DNA of 64,000 bases from Podarcis erhardii. Its lineage: Eukaryota. Below the pieces are notes generated by a model. It did not search any database. It was not told the origin of the DNA and worked only from the letters and a program-made list of their open reading frames with translations. The stretch lies in the NCBI GenBank assembly GCA_964252035.1, contig CAXUOO010000248.1; one strand, given 5' to 3'. Below, piece by piece: positions 63,576-64,000 of this stretch (its first letter is position 1; each line of letters starts with the position of its first letter). The position numbers and the translations under genes were made by a program.

Positions 63576-63649
63576 AGGTCTGAATCTTCAACAGAGCAGA
63601 GAGCTTAATCTAAGGTCTGAATCTTCAACAGAGCAGAGAGCTTAATCTA
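63576..63649. repeat. Perfect 2 x 37-bp tandem duplication
   Basis: AGGTCTGAATCTTCAACAGAGCAGAGAGCTTAATCTA occurs twice, head to tail. Confidence 0.95.
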
Positions 63650-64000
63650 CCAATTCGATTCAGTTGCTGTCGTGAGTGCTCAGTAATTGAGCAGAAACAA
63701 ATCGGTGAGATGTTTAATACAATCAATCTGGTTTCCGCCGCTCGTTGATATGAGATCATTTGCCGGAGCCCCAAATTCCCCAGACAACAGTCAGACGTGT
63801 CGTACAAATGTCCACGCTTTACACATAAGGGATAAGGACAGGCTCCTCTATATTGTAGCCCACAGTCCGAGAACGACTGCGAATTCAAGTTCGTGGAGCC
63901 TGCGTATTCTGCGGGAGGGGACGCGTTTCAGACGTCGTTCCTTGTCTGCTGAGATATCTCCTTTCAGAAGGGTCCACCCCTTGAGAACACGGCAGGGTAC

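Noticed and set aside
1-64000. Retrotransposon, DNA transposon or viral ORFs; rRNA or tRNA genes
   Set aside because: No RT, integrase, transposase or capsid motifs and no recognisable structural RNA signatures were seen by eye.

Overview
Eukaryotic, intron-rich DNA from a coccidian apicomplexan. It looks Eimeriidae-like: CAG-type triplet repeats, scattered TGCATGCA octamers, abundant (TA)n, and alternating repeat-poor and repeat-rich segments. Four genes were reconstructed by hand with phase-consistent splice sites. (1) A + strand gene (~1907-8443) that appears to join an N-terminal Rdx/SelW-SelT-SelH-like thioredoxin-fold domain, a long Lys/Glu-rich linker and a C-terminal NPHP4-like Ig-fold domain; it has about six frame breaks. 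(2) A 31-kb, 17-exon myosin F (class XXII: motor, 6 IQ, coiled coil, Rab/Roc-like P-loop domain, WD40) on the - strand (10622-41975), with two frame breaks, two probable GC-AG introns, a 1.27-kb higher-order minisatellite, a long hairpin and two N-gaps in its introns. (3) A 5-exon Bud32/PRPK KEOPS kinase (+, 49713-54324) expanded to ~733 aa. (4) A 9-exon PLP-dependent cysteine synthase (-, 55284-58626) with a basic N-terminal extension. Regions 1-1900, 43-49 kb and 58.7-64 kb contain exon-like pieces I could not assemble. All homology calls come from recalled family motifs, not searches. No transposon ORF, rRNA, tRNA or CRISPR array was recognised. The most parsimonious reading of the frame breaks is assembly indel error.
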